From an uncultured Planctomycetia bacterium (GTDB lineage: Bacteria; Omnitrophota; Gorgyraeia; 2-02-FULL-51-18; JAGOUK01), in contig CAYSFB010000001.1 of the NCBI GenBank assembly GCA_964430735.1, forward strand, positions 124,082-188,081: 64,000 nt of DNA, written 5' to 3'. The position numbers and the translations under genes were made by a program. This document shows, one piece after another, positions 38,392 to 48,294 of the stretch; position 1 is the stretch's first letter; each line of letters opens with the position of its first letter. Below the pieces are notes generated by a model. That model made no database searches. It was not told where the DNA came from and saw only the letters and a list, made by a program, of their open reading frames with translations.

Positions 38392-40300
38392 CACCGTCTC
38401 CCTCCACCCACATTTCCTTGAGAGCATAGTAAGCCTTACGCGGTTGGCGCAAAAAGGGGCTGCCGCCGGTTCCGTTACCCTGGCCCATAAGCCCGTACCA
38501 CTCCTCGTGCGCCCAGCCGTCCCGATAAGGAAAAACCATGTCGCCCGCGACGCTGTGCCAGCGCGCGGGGCTGGAACCGGTGTCCCGGCCCGACTTCCAC
38601 CATTCGTCCATCCACTCAAATACGATGCCGCCGATCACGTTTCCCTCGCCGCGCTCTCCCGCCATGTGGATCGTCATGTCGCGCCAGTTGCCACGAATGT
38701 ACTCGGCCTGCGCCTCTTCGTCGGGACCCTTGCCCTGCGCGTATGCGTCCGAACCCCATTCCGTGAACATGAGGGGTCGGTCGAAGAAGAACTTCACCTG
38801 CTGCACGACGCTGCCCATCGAGTATTCGCCCGCATACGCGTTGGCTCCGTAAATGTCGATCGCGGGGGCTTCCCGCGCGATTTCCTTGAGGCCCTCAGCC
38901 CCCAGGTTCCCGACAGCCACCGGATGGTTCCAATCGATGGAATGGATCATCTCGGCCACCTCGTTGAGGAAGCGCGCGTACTCGCGGGGCTTTTTGACCG
39001 CGTTGGTGCGGGTGTGCGGATGCTGGTTCTCGTTGCCGAGCAGCCACATCAGGACATACGGCTCTCCCTTATGATCCTGGACCATCGCCTCGACGGAACG
39101 CATCATTTTTTGACGCTGGACAGGGTCCGTGTAATCGGTGCCCAGATTCCAGTCCGCGCCGGACCCCACCGTGTACGCGCCCAGGAAGTCCCCCATCACG
39201 AAGTAAATGCCGTACTCGCGGTTGAGCCGGCGCATCAGCTCCTTGTCGTATCCGGACGGGTCGTAGGCGCCTCCCGGCAGCTGGCCGTGATAGAACCGGA
39301 TCGTGTTGATCCCGGCCGCGCGTAACAGCTCGGCGTCGCCGACCGTCTCCTCGCCGGCGTCGCGCGAATTATTTCCGTTCACGTCGATCCACGAATCGAA
39401 CATGCCGTCGTTGAGGCCGTTGCCGTTATCGTCCGTCTTCATCCAGGGCCGGATGCTTCCGTCGTGAGGTGACTCGCCGATCTTCGTATTGACGTATGTC
39501 ACCCCTTTGACGGTGAACGGCTTGCCGTCGACACGCAATTGCCAGTGACCGTTCTGGAACTTCACGATCTGAACGCGGCCGCGGCCGCGGGCCTCGACGA
39601 CGCGGAGCTTGTCCGGACTTTTCCGGGTGAGCTTTTTCTTTTTGAACGTTCCGGGCCAGACTTTGACGACGTCTTTGGCGGGATTTTTGCCGGGAGCGCG
39701 GACAACGTCGACCATCGCGTTTTCGAGCACCAGGTTCAGTTCGGGATGTTCGGCGCAGAGCCGGCGGATCCGGGAAACGGCCTCCGGAGCGATGTACCAG
39801 TAAAAGCTCTTGTCCGGACTCCAGGAAACGGATTTGGGAAAGTGCACCACGGCGGCGTAGTAAGCCTTGATCGCCTGCTTGATGTGCCCGGCGCGCCTCA
39901 AGCTTTCTGCGACGTAAAAAAGCCGAACTCCCTCGTCCGCGTCCTGCGCCATGCTCCATGCATAAAAACACTCCTCGGGATCCGCGTGCAGATATTCCCA
40001 GGGATTCAGATCACTCGGATGCTCGGATTCAAAACGCTTAAAACGGGGGCTGGCGGACAAATCATAGTTGGGATAGATGCCGGCGCCGACGGCCAACGCC
40101 AGCCCGGAGGTGTCTGTGATGTCGTATCGATATTCCGGCGTGCCCACGCCCGAAAACGTTCCGTACCGTGAGTAGTTGACCGGAAATTCGATCCCTTCAA
40201 AGGGGATCGGGAATCCGGCGACGGGCAACGCGGGGGCGCTGGAAGGCCAAAGCAGGCAAAGAGTCAGAATAACGGCGCCGATGCGCAAAACGGATTTCAA
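38378..40300 (-). CDS. Secreted glycoside hydrolase, clan GH-A (GH2/GH5-like TIM barrel)
   Basis: 640 aa. Signal peptide and a (beta/alpha)8 barrel with an acid/base NE motif (WLLGNENQ) and a nucleophile-type motif (FTEWGSDAY). Confidence 0.65.
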   Translation of the reverse strand: MKSVLRIGAVILTLCLLWPSSAPALPVAGFPIPFEGIEFPVNYSRYGTFSGVGTPEYRYDITDTSGLALAVGAGIYPNYDLSASPRFKRFESEHPSDLNPWEYLHADPEECFYAWSMAQDADEGVRLFYVAESLRRAGHIKQAIKAYYAAVVHFPKSVSWSPDKSFYWYIAPEAVSRIRRLCAEHPELNLVLENAMVDVVRAPGKNPAKDVVKVWPGTFKKKKLTRKSPDKLRVVEARGRGRVQIVKFQNGHWQLRVDGKPFTVKGVTYVNTKIGESPHDGSIRPWMKTDDNGNGLNDGMFDSWIDVNGNNSRDAGEETVGDAELLRAAGINTIRFYHGQLPGGAYDPSGYDKELMRRLNREYGIYFVMGDFLGAYTVGSGADWNLGTDYTDPVQRQKMMRSVEAMVQDHKGEPYVLMWLLGNENQHPHTRTNAVKKPREYARFLNEVAEMIHSIDWNHPVAVGNLGAEGLKEIAREAPAIDIYGANAYAGEYSMGSVVQQVKFFFDRPLMFTEWGSDAYAQGKGPDEEAQAEYIRGNWRDMTIHMAGERGEGNVIGGIVFEWMDEWWKSGRDTGSSPARWHSVAGDMVFPYRDGWAHEEWYGLMGQGNGTGGSPFLRQPRKAYYALKEMWVEGDGDEKL

Positions 40301-41247
40301 GCTTTGGCTTCCAACTGCCGCGCGCTGTCGGCGGCTTTGGCGGCGGCGTCCTCGCGGCCCCAGACGTGATACAGCTCCTGCAGCTTGAACCAGATCGTCA
40401 GCCGGTCGGAGCGCGAATCTTCTCCCAATGATTCCAGCAATTCCACGGCCTTGAGATAAAATTCCTCGGCGATGATGACATCGCGTTCGTCAACCGCCAA
40501 ATCCCCTCCCAACACCCGGATCGACGCCAGGGGCCGAATCGCCGGATGAGCCGCGGAGGCCGCGGAGGCCACGCCCCGCTGAACAGCGGCACGGGCATAA
40601 GCGACATCCCCTTCTTCAAACGCATGGCGGGCCAGGGTCTCGAACGCCGCAAGCGTCCGGGCGTGTCCGGGTTCGAGCGCCGCCGCCAGAATATCGGCGG
40701 CATCCGATTCACTGCCCCGAGCACCGGCGGCGTCTCCCGACTTGCGCTGGACGGCGGCGAGCTTCTGAAGCGTGGCCGCGACCGACGTATGACGTTCTCC
40801 GAAATATTGCTTTTGAATCTTGAGGGCTTCCTGGAGCTTGAGAATGGCTTCAGCGGTATCGCCCGCGCCCGCATAGTCCGCCGCCGAACGCGTCAGAAGA
40901 TCGGAAGCGTAGGGGTGGTTGGGCCCCAGCGCGGCGCTCCACGAGCGGGCCGCACGGTCCCAGGTCGCTCCGGCCGACTTGGTGTCTCCGGTCAGCTGCT
41001 CCAGCTCCGCCAGTCTCCGGTACGCCACCGCCGTCTTCATATGCGCGGAACCAAAATGCTCTTCCGCGATCCGTACCGCTTCTTCGGCGGAATCCCGGGC
41101 ACCGGCCAAGTCCTTGCGGTCCAGCGCCGCGACGGTCCGGGCATTCGCTGCTTCCCAGGCATTTTCGCCCGGACTGGCGTGGGCCGCCGACAAGGGTGCG
41201 GCGGACAAAACGGCCGTCAGTGCAAGAAGTAAGAAGAGTTTTTTCAT
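40297..41247 (-). CDS. Secreted tetratricopeptide-repeat protein
   Basis: 316 aa. Signal peptide followed by multiple TPR-like Ala-rich repeats. Confidence 0.65.
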   Translation of the reverse strand: MKKLFLLLALTAVLSAAPLSAAHASPGENAWEAANARTVAALDRKDLAGARDSAEEAVRIAEEHFGSAHMKTAVAYRRLAELEQLTGDTKSAGATWDRAARSWSAALGPNHPYASDLLTRSAADYAGAGDTAEAILKLQEALKIQKQYFGERHTSVAATLQKLAAVQRKSGDAAGARGSESDAADILAAALEPGHARTLAAFETLARHAFEEGDVAYARAAVQRGVASAASAAHPAIRPLASIRVLGGDLAVDERDVIIAEEFYLKAVELLESLGEDSRSDRLTIWFKLQELYHVWGREDAAAKAADSARQLEAKA

Positions 41248-41284
41248 GGTTCTCTTATTCTATCAGATGACCGGACGAGGAGTT

Positions 41285-41372
41285 TGGCGGAGAGAAGAGG
41301 ATTCGAACCTCTGAGTCCTTGCGGACTATCCGCTTTCGAGGCGGACGCAATCGACCACTCTGCCATCTCTCC
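41285..41372 (-). tRNA. tRNA-Ser (anticodon CGA)
   Basis: An 88-nt cloverleaf reads on the minus strand: GGAGAGATGGCAGAGTGG...anticodon loop CTCGAAA...long variable arm...GGTTCGAATCC...TCTCTCCGCCA. CCA is encoded. Confidence 0.85.
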
Positions 41373-41410
41373 AAAAGTGGGGAAATATTTATACCACAAA
41401 GCGGGACAAA

Positions 41411-42256
41411 TCAGTAGCCGCAATCCACCGGCAGTTCCAGCAATTCCGGCCAGCGCTCGATCCAGCCGGCGCCATGAGACGCTTCGTCGACACGGGTGAT
41501 CTGAACGCACGGCGCATCCCCCGCCCCCGCGGCGACCTTGTACCGCTCCGCGATGCCGGGCGGGATGACCGCATCGCTCCCACCTGTAAAATGCCGCTGA
41601 GGAATCGCTGACACCCGCGCAGCCGCTTCCATGGGGTCCGGCCCCGCTTCCAGCGCTGTCACGCCGTGATGCCGGTTGACCTCAGCGGGATCTAGATTGC
41701 CCGCAACGGTCCTCAGCGTACGAACGTCCGGACGCCGATCCGCCGCCAGCACCGCCAGCGCACCGCCACCTGAATAGCCGATCAGGTCCAACCGGTTGCT
41801 GCGCGCCTCTGTTTTTAAACCATCGATCGCCGCATTGAGCGAGCGGACCACTTCCTCAGAAAACCTGCGGCCGGTCCAGTAGGCCGGATCCACCCTCCCC
41901 TCCGCTCCCCGTACGTACTGGCCAGGGCGGGCGACATAAACCACGTTATCGGCCGGATCCAGTGCCGCCAGCCTCAGAACCAACGGATGCAGCGGCGACG
42001 GATCCGCGGATCGCCGGTTTTTTCCGGCCCAGGCAAACCCATCGCCCTCGATATAAACCGTTAGCGGAGCTCCGGGCCTGCGGATCTTCACGTAACAACG
42101 GAGGGTAAAGTCTCCCGCTTTGACATCCCGTCGCTCGAAGCCTCCGGCCGCAGCGACCGTGTCCGCGGCGGATTGCGGATCCAGTCCAGAAGCGGCAACA
42201 GTCGAAGCCGTCAACCAGACCATTCCCGCCGCAATGACCCATGCCCTCAGACGCAT
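41411..42256 (-). CDS. Secreted alpha/beta hydrolase (VirJ/DUF900-like)
   Basis: 281 aa. Signal peptide and a GxSxG-type nucleophile elbow (GYSGGG). Confidence 0.6.
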   Translation of the reverse strand: MRLRAWVIAAGMVWLTASTVAASGLDPQSAADTVAAAGGFERRDVKAGDFTLRCYVKIRRPGAPLTVYIEGDGFAWAGKNRRSADPSPLHPLVLRLAALDPADNVVYVARPGQYVRGAEGRVDPAYWTGRRFSEEVVRSLNAAIDGLKTEARSNRLDLIGYSGGGALAVLAADRRPDVRTLRTVAGNLDPAEVNRHHGVTALEAGPDPMEAAARVSAIPQRHFTGGSDAVIPPGIAERYKVAAGAGDAPCVQITRVDEASHGAGWIERWPELLELPVDCGY

Positions 42257-42334
42257 CCTTCACACCTTCCCAAAAGAGAACGGCCCGGCGGAATCACTCC
42301 CGCCGGGCCGTTCAGATTCAAGTCAGAACTGTCC

Positions 42335-44761
42335 TTAGAACTCGTACCTCAAGGTCGCACTGCCTGCGTGGGACGTGTAATCCTCGCGGTAGTCGAAGTC
42401 ATACGCGAAGCTGAGGCTCAACACCTCGGTCGCATAGACCGTCAGACCCGCACCCGCGTTCAAGCTGGACTGTTCGGGCTCAAGACCTTCGGTCTTGAAC
42501 GAGGCTCCTCCGCCCGTGAATGCAGAGGTCGCGGCCGCTTCGTCACCGATGTAGTCATACAACCACATCGCGTGGAAGGAAGGTACCCACTTCTGTTTGT
42601 TGCCGTCCACGAATTCGTGAACGATCTTGGCTCCGAGACCCTGTTGGAGGAAGTCGTAACCCTGATCTTCGACGATCAAGCTCAACGAGCCCGCTCCGGA
42701 TTCGGTGAAGCCGTCCAAAGCCAGATGCGAGTACATCAGACTGACGATGGGCACCAGGCTCCAGTTATCGGCCATGGGCAGCGGATACCCGAAGGTGAAC
42801 TTCGTCGAGTACTGCTGACCGTCGTAGTCCTGCTCGGCCGTCCGGTTGATGGAGGCGAACTGGATGCGGCGGGAGCCTTCATAGGCGTTCCAGCCGAACG
42901 CGAACATCGCGTCGATGTACCACGGATCGCCTTCATAGCTTCCGTAGACGGATCCCTGATAGGTATCGATATCCGTCTGAGACACGTCGCCGTCGGATTC
43001 GACGTCGCTCTGGGCGAAGGCAAAGCCCACGCCGAGACGAGTCCGCTCGTCCATCTTCCAATCGTAACCGGCCGCGACACCCCACGTGTTCGCCGTATAA
43101 CCGGCAACGCCGCCTCGGGCATCCTGGTCGCCGTACACGCCGAATCCTTGCGTCCAGATCGCGGCATCCGTGAACTCGTCACCGGATGAGATGCCGTTCT
43201 GTCCGCCGCCATTCACAACGCCCATGCGGCCGTTGTCGAGGCGGTTCGAAACGGTGTTCAACGCGCCGCCAGTCGTATTGAAGCTGGCTTGGTTGACGCC
43301 GCCGTTCATTTCGGGATCGAGCTGATTCACAGCGTTAGAGAACTGCTGCGCCGTGGCGAGCGTATCGAGATTGGATATCACCGCCGCGATATCGCCCGTC
43401 GCGCCGGAGCTGAACCCGTTCAGGGTCGATCCGATTGCGCTCGAGTTGGAATCAGTGGCCAGCGTCGCGAGATTCGCACGGGTCGCCGTCAGCACCAAGT
43501 CGTTGGTCGTGCCGTTTTCAGCTGCGGAGAAGCTCAGAGCCGCGCTGTTATCCGTTACGGCCGTCGATAGTGAATTGACGCCCGAACCGGTTGCCTCGCC
43601 GTCGACCAGCATGAACACCTGTCCGTTCGAGACGTAAGCCCCGGGCGTAACGTTGACATCAACGTTGGACGTGGCCGACACCTGAGCATCGTTGTTGTTG
43701 GCCGACGCGACGACGTGACCTGCGGTCGAGGAGGTTGCCCCCGTGGAAACGATCGTTGTTTTCAGGGTTGCTCCCGAGTTCAGCACGAAGTCTTGGCCGC
43801 CTGTGATTGTCGCAACATACTGCGACGCATCAAATGCGCCGGAACCGTTGACCTGAATTGCGCCCGTGCCGCTCATGGCAACGTTGGTGCCGAGCTTCAG
43901 CGTGCCGCTGACGCCACCGGTCGTGTTGGTGCGCACAAGCGTCGAATTAACTGCGTAAGTCGCGCCGTTGATGGTCACAACACCGCCCTCAACCGTGACT
44001 GCCGCCAAGGCCGCACCGGCACCGATTGTGCTCGACACGGACGAAGTGCCGCTGAAAAGCAGCGAACCCGAGTTGGCCGTGCCGGTCGTTACCGCACCGG
44101 TCAAATCAGCGCCATCCGCAAAACGCGCCAAGCCGTTTCCGCCCAAAACCACGTTGCTCGTCACGTCCCCGTTGAAGAGAATCGTGCCCGTACCCACCAC
44201 CTTGGTCGTCGTGGCATACACGTCATTTGCAAAAGTCACGGTCTCGTCAGAAGCCGCGCCGCCCGTGATCGTGGCGATCTTGGCGGTGCTGGTACCGACC
44301 TGACCGGTGATCAAGCTCGTGCCGAGGAAATTCAAAGAACCCGTATTGTTCGTCGCGGTCGTGACGGTGCTCGTCAGATTCGCGTTATCGCCGAACGTGA
44401 CGGTTCCGTTCCCGCCCAACACGGTCGAAACAGCAAAAACATTGCTGTTAAATCGAACGGTGCTTTCACTGACCCCGGCGCCAATGCCCTTCAGCTGAAC
44501 GCTGGCCGATGATCCCACGACGCCCGCGACCGTGGACGTTCCTGCGAACATCAACGAACCGGTGTTATGCGTTGCGGTGGTAACTGACGTGCTGCCGGTA
44601 TTGGTGCCGCTCGGCACCGTCAGGGTGAAGTCGCCCGTAAAGTGGGCGCCCGTCGTATCGCTGCTGTTTGCGTCCGCAGTGACCGACTGGATGGCGAGCG
44701 CCGAAGGCGCGAGCCACAAGCAGGATGCGGAGATGCTCAGCAGTGCAATGAGCTTTTTCAA
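42335..44761 (-). CDS. Type Va autotransporter (repetitive beta-helical passenger plus C-terminal beta-barrel translocator)
   Basis: 808 aa. Signal peptide (MKKLIALLSISASCLWLAPSALA). About 45-aa imperfect repeats (TVTTATNNTGSLNFLGTS...). C-terminal barrel ending ...SATLRYEF with a terminal aromatic residue. Confidence 0.78.
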   Translation of the reverse strand: MKKLIALLSISASCLWLAPSALAIQSVTADANSSDTTGAHFTGDFTLTVPSGTNTGSTSVTTATHNTGSLMFAGTSTVAGVVGSSASVQLKGIGAGVSESTVRFNSNVFAVSTVLGGNGTVTFGDNANLTSTVTTATNNTGSLNFLGTSLITGQVGTSTAKIATITGGAASDETVTFANDVYATTTKVVGTGTILFNGDVTSNVVLGGNGLARFADGADLTGAVTTGTANSGSLLFSGTSSVSSTIGAGAALAAVTVEGGVVTINGATYAVNSTLVRTNTTGGVSGTLKLGTNVAMSGTGAIQVNGSGAFDASQYVATITGGQDFVLNSGATLKTTIVSTGATSSTAGHVVASANNNDAQVSATSNVDVNVTPGAYVSNGQVFMLVDGEATGSGVNSLSTAVTDNSAALSFSAAENGTTNDLVLTATRANLATLATDSNSSAIGSTLNGFSSGATGDIAAVISNLDTLATAQQFSNAVNQLDPEMNGGVNQASFNTTGGALNTVSNRLDNGRMGVVNGGGQNGISSGDEFTDAAIWTQGFGVYGDQDARGGVAGYTANTWGVAAGYDWKMDERTRLGVGFAFAQSDVESDGDVSQTDIDTYQGSVYGSYEGDPWYIDAMFAFGWNAYEGSRRIQFASINRTAEQDYDGQQYSTKFTFGYPLPMADNWSLVPIVSLMYSHLALDGFTESGAGSLSLIVEDQGYDFLQQGLGAKIVHEFVDGNKQKWVPSFHAMWLYDYIGDEAAATSAFTGGGASFKTEGLEPEQSSLNAGAGLTVYATEVLSLSFAYDFDYREDYTSHAGSATLRYEF

Positions 44762-44883
44762 TGGATATCTCCCGTTGTGATTGGTGGACCTAAAAATACG
44801 ATGGAACTATTCTACATTAACTCTTCGTTAGCGCAAGAATAAAATTGGTACTAATTGTATTCAGAATAGGAATGAACTATGCT

Positions 44884-46980
44884 CTACTTCCTGATTCTTA
44901 ACAAATTTTTCTCGGCATCCCGGATCCGCTCATCACCCGGCCAGCGCGACTGAGCCTCCGCCAACAAGACCTCGGCTTCCGCTTTGCGGCCCAACTCACG
45001 CAGGGTGTTGACCAAATTAATGATCGCATCCTTATATGCCGGCTGAAGTTGAATGGCCTTTCTAAAGTTCTGCTCCGCCTGCGCATACTCTTTACGGGTG
45101 GCCATGAGCGATCCTAGATTGTTGTAGCCCTCCGCAAATTGCGGCCGGAGCCGAACCGTCTGAGCGAACTGCTCCTCCGCCTTCCGCCAGTCCTGCTTCC
45201 ATATATGAAGAAGCGCCAGGTTGTAACGCGCGTCAAAATAGTCGGGGTCCAGCCGGATGGCTTCCAGGCAGCTCCCCTCGGCCCCTTCCATGTCGTTGCG
45301 CTTGGCCAGCACCGAGGCCAGGTTGCTGTGCGCGGGCGCGTGCAGCGGATTGGTCTTGATCGACAACCGGTACCACTTTTCGGCCTCCTCCATCTCGCCG
45401 AGCTGGGCATAGGTGGATCCCATGTTGTTCATCGCCTCGAAGTTGTCCGGCCGGCGGCGCATCGCTTCTTCGTAAACGCCCCTCGCCTCCTTTTGCCGTC
45501 CGGACCGCACGAGCGCGGAACCAAAGTTGTTCAGCGCTTCCGGCAGCGTCGGATCCAACTCCAGGGCCTTGGCGTAATACAGGATGGCCTTATCCATATG
45601 GCCCGTCTCCTCGAGCGACTTCCCAAGATTGCAATAGGCGTCAGCGTAATTCGGCCATATTTCTATCGCCTTGTTGTACAAAGGCACCGCTTTGGCATGC
45701 TCCCCTTTGAGCGCATAATAGACGCCGAGAGAATAGTAAGGCCGGCCCTTCGACGGCGCCTTGCGGATCCCGTCCAGCCAAAATTTTTCCTCATCGGCCC
45801 AAAGTGCGTTGCGCGAAAACGCCGCGACGCCCAAGGCCGCCACGATCACAAACATGGCAACGGCCGCCCGCTTCCTGCCGCCGATCAGCGCCCACAGCGC
45901 GGCGGGGGCCGCGACGGCAAAGCCGACCATGGGCAGATACAGCCGATGCTCGAAGATGATGTCGCGGATGGCAAAAAATTCCAGCGACAGCGCCGCGGCC
46001 ATGAAAAAAATTCCCCAGCTGACCGGACGATGCCGGCGCCAGCAGGCAACTCCCAAAGCGAGCGTCGCAAGGATGACGCCCAGCGACAGCCACACGCCCG
46101 CGTCCAAATCACGGGCGACCGGATACTCGTAGTCCAGCGTCTGGTTCATCGGAAAGATCAGAAGCCGCAAATACGTCCGGACCACGTTGATCTGCGTCCA
46201 CACCCATTCCGTCCAGGTCATGGTCGAGTTGATGTTGAGCGGATAAAGCTTGCGGATCGTATCAAGGGACAGGCGGCTGAAGTCGATCCGCATGCTCCAC
46301 GCGTACAGCGCCGCCGGGATGAGGGCAAACGGCGCGAAGCGGACGCCGCGCTTCAAAAAGGCTTTGAGCGAACCGGAGCCGAACGCCGCCTCGGTCAGAA
46401 GCAGCGTGAGCGGCAGACTCAGGTTCACCTGCTTGGTGAAGCACGCCAGCACGGCGGCCGCGGCGAACAACAGCCAATACGCGCGGCGGCCGTCCACGCG
46501 CGCACGGAGATATCCGTACAGCGCGAGCGCGTGAAAAAGCGTCGCGATCACGATCATGCGCTGGTAAATGTACGTGACGGCGGACGTCTGGATCGGGTGA
46601 CAGGCAAAGAGAAGGCCGGTGCAGAGCGCCAGAGCGGCGGCCTGGGAACGGAACGGATGAGCCGCCATCGGCTTGGACCGCCAGACGGCGGAGGCGATGC
46701 CGTACACCGTGAGCGACGCCGCGATGTGGAAGAGCAGATTGACGAGATGCCAACTCCACACGTTCTGCCCTGTCCACTGGTAGTTCAGGGCGAAGGTCAG
46801 GTACGGGATTTTGCGGTAAAGATCCCCTTCGGTCCAGGTCCGCGCGAGGTCGCGCACCTGGATCCTGTCGAAGATGAAGATGGAGTCGTCAAAACGGGGC
46901 GTGACGCCGTAAGTGTTGGAGTAAATGAGCGCCGCGGCGGCGGCGATGGCGAGGACCGCCCAGAACTTACTTCGCGCCAA
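44884..46980 (-). CDS. TMTC-like membrane glycosyltransferase: N-terminal GT-C/PMT_2-DUF1736 multi-TM domain plus C-terminal TPR array
   Basis: 698 aa. About 11 TM helices in the N-terminal 400 aa. At least 8 TPR repeats follow (AIEIWPNYADAYCNLG, ...). Confidence 0.65.
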   Translation of the reverse strand: MARSKFWAVLAIAAAAALIYSNTYGVTPRFDDSIFIFDRIQVRDLARTWTEGDLYRKIPYLTFALNYQWTGQNVWSWHLVNLLFHIAASLTVYGIASAVWRSKPMAAHPFRSQAAALALCTGLLFACHPIQTSAVTYIYQRMIVIATLFHALALYGYLRARVDGRRAYWLLFAAAAVLACFTKQVNLSLPLTLLLTEAAFGSGSLKAFLKRGVRFAPFALIPAALYAWSMRIDFSRLSLDTIRKLYPLNINSTMTWTEWVWTQINVVRTYLRLLIFPMNQTLDYEYPVARDLDAGVWLSLGVILATLALGVACWRRHRPVSWGIFFMAAALSLEFFAIRDIIFEHRLYLPMVGFAVAAPAALWALIGGRKRAAVAMFVIVAALGVAAFSRNALWADEEKFWLDGIRKAPSKGRPYYSLGVYYALKGEHAKAVPLYNKAIEIWPNYADAYCNLGKSLEETGHMDKAILYYAKALELDPTLPEALNNFGSALVRSGRQKEARGVYEEAMRRRPDNFEAMNNMGSTYAQLGEMEEAEKWYRLSIKTNPLHAPAHSNLASVLAKRNDMEGAEGSCLEAIRLDPDYFDARYNLALLHIWKQDWRKAEEQFAQTVRLRPQFAEGYNNLGSLMATRKEYAQAEQNFRKAIQLQPAYKDAIINLVNTLRELGRKAEAEVLLAEAQSRWPGDERIRDAEKNLLRIRK

Positions 46981-48292
46981 GATGCGTCTTGCCGCCCATG
47001 TACGGACTCAGGACTTCCGGAATGAGAACGGTGCCGTCGGCTTGCTGGTAATTCTCGACCAGCGCGACGAAGGTGCGCGCGAGGGCGACACCGGAGCCGT
47101 TGAGCGTGTGGGCGAAGCGGGTTTTTTTGGTCTCGGGATCGCGGTAGCGGATGCCGGCCCGGCGCGCCTGGAAGTCCAGGAAGTTGGAGCAGCTCGAAGC
47201 CTCGAGCCACTGACCCTTGCCCTCGTTCATGCCCGGCGCCCAGACTTCGATGTCGTAGCACTTGGCGGCGCCGAAGCCCATGTCTCCCGTCGCCAACAGC
47301 AGGACGCGGTACGGAATCCCGAGTTTTTGAAAAATCTTTTCGGCGTGACCGGTGAGAAGCTCGTGCTCCTTCCAGGAATCTTCGGGCTTGGTGAAGCGCA
47401 CGAGCTCGACCTTGTCGAATTGATGAACGCGGACCATGCCTTTGGTGTCTTTGCCGTAGGCGCCGGCCTCCAGACGGAAGCAGGGCGTGTAAGCCACGTA
47501 CGCAGTCGGCAGCTGGTCGGCTTCGAGGATTTCGTCGCGATGGATGTTGGTGACCGGAACTTCGGCGGTCGGGATCAGGAACAAGTCCTCTTCCCTGGAC
47601 TGACCGTCTTCGGCACCGTGTTCTCCGCGAAAAATCCGGTACAGATCGTCTTCGAACTTGGGCAGCTGTCCGGTCCCCTGCATCGACTTGCGCTTCACCA
47701 GGAACGGTGGCGAAACTTCCCGGTAATCGTGCTCCCGTGTGTGCGTGTCGATCATGAAGTTGATGAGCGCCCGTTCCAGCTGCGCGCCTTCGCCTGTATA
47801 TAAAAGGAAGGAGGTGCCGGAGATCTTGGTCCCGCGAGGGATGTCCACGAGCTTCAGCCGATCGATGATTTCCATATGGGCTTTGGGTGTGAACGCAAAA
47901 GACTTTTTATCGCCCCATTGACGGACTTCGCGGTTGGCGGAAGCGTCGGGGCCGACCGGCACGTCGTCGGCCGGAACGTTGGGGATGAGCATGAGCTGTC
48001 CGGTAATGCGGGACTGGAGCGCGTCAACTTCCTGATTAAGTGCGCCGATCCGATCCGAGACCTGCTTCATCTCCTGGATCTTGGCGGACGCGTCCCCTTT
48101 TTCTTTCTTGAGGCGGACGACTTCTTCGTTGGCTTTGTTCTTGAGCTGGTTCAGCGACTCGAGTTCCGCCAGCTTCTGACGGTGGTCGGCGTCGAGCGCC
48201 AGCACCTGACCCAGGTCAACCGACGACCGGCGCGTTTCGAGCGCTTTGCGGATACGGTCGGTTTCTTGACGAATCAGATGGATGTCCAGCAT
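46967..48292 (-). CDS. serS: Seryl-tRNA synthetase
   Basis: 441 aa. N-terminal coiled-coil arm and class II aaRS motifs (FRGEHGAEDGQ...GLIPTAEVPV..., RVHQFDKVE). Confidence 0.88.
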   Translation of the reverse strand: MLDIHLIRQETDRIRKALETRRSSVDLGQVLALDADHRQKLAELESLNQLKNKANEEVVRLKKEKGDASAKIQEMKQVSDRIGALNQEVDALQSRITGQLMLIPNVPADDVPVGPDASANREVRQWGDKKSFAFTPKAHMEIIDRLKLVDIPRGTKISGTSFLLYTGEGAQLERALINFMIDTHTREHDYREVSPPFLVKRKSMQGTGQLPKFEDDLYRIFRGEHGAEDGQSREEDLFLIPTAEVPVTNIHRDEILEADQLPTAYVAYTPCFRLEAGAYGKDTKGMVRVHQFDKVELVRFTKPEDSWKEHELLTGHAEKIFQKLGIPYRVLLLATGDMGFGAAKCYDIEVWAPGMNEGKGQWLEASSCSNFLDFQARRAGIRYRDPETKKTRFAHTLNGSGVALARTFVALVENYQQADGTVLIPEVLSPYMGGKTHLGAK

Positions 48293-48294
48293 GG

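Noticed and set aside
45139-47025. 628-aa plus-strand ORF antisense to the TPR/GT-C gene
   Set aside because: Low-complexity Arg/Gly/Asp-rich translation. The sense strand has a clear multi-TM plus TPR architecture.
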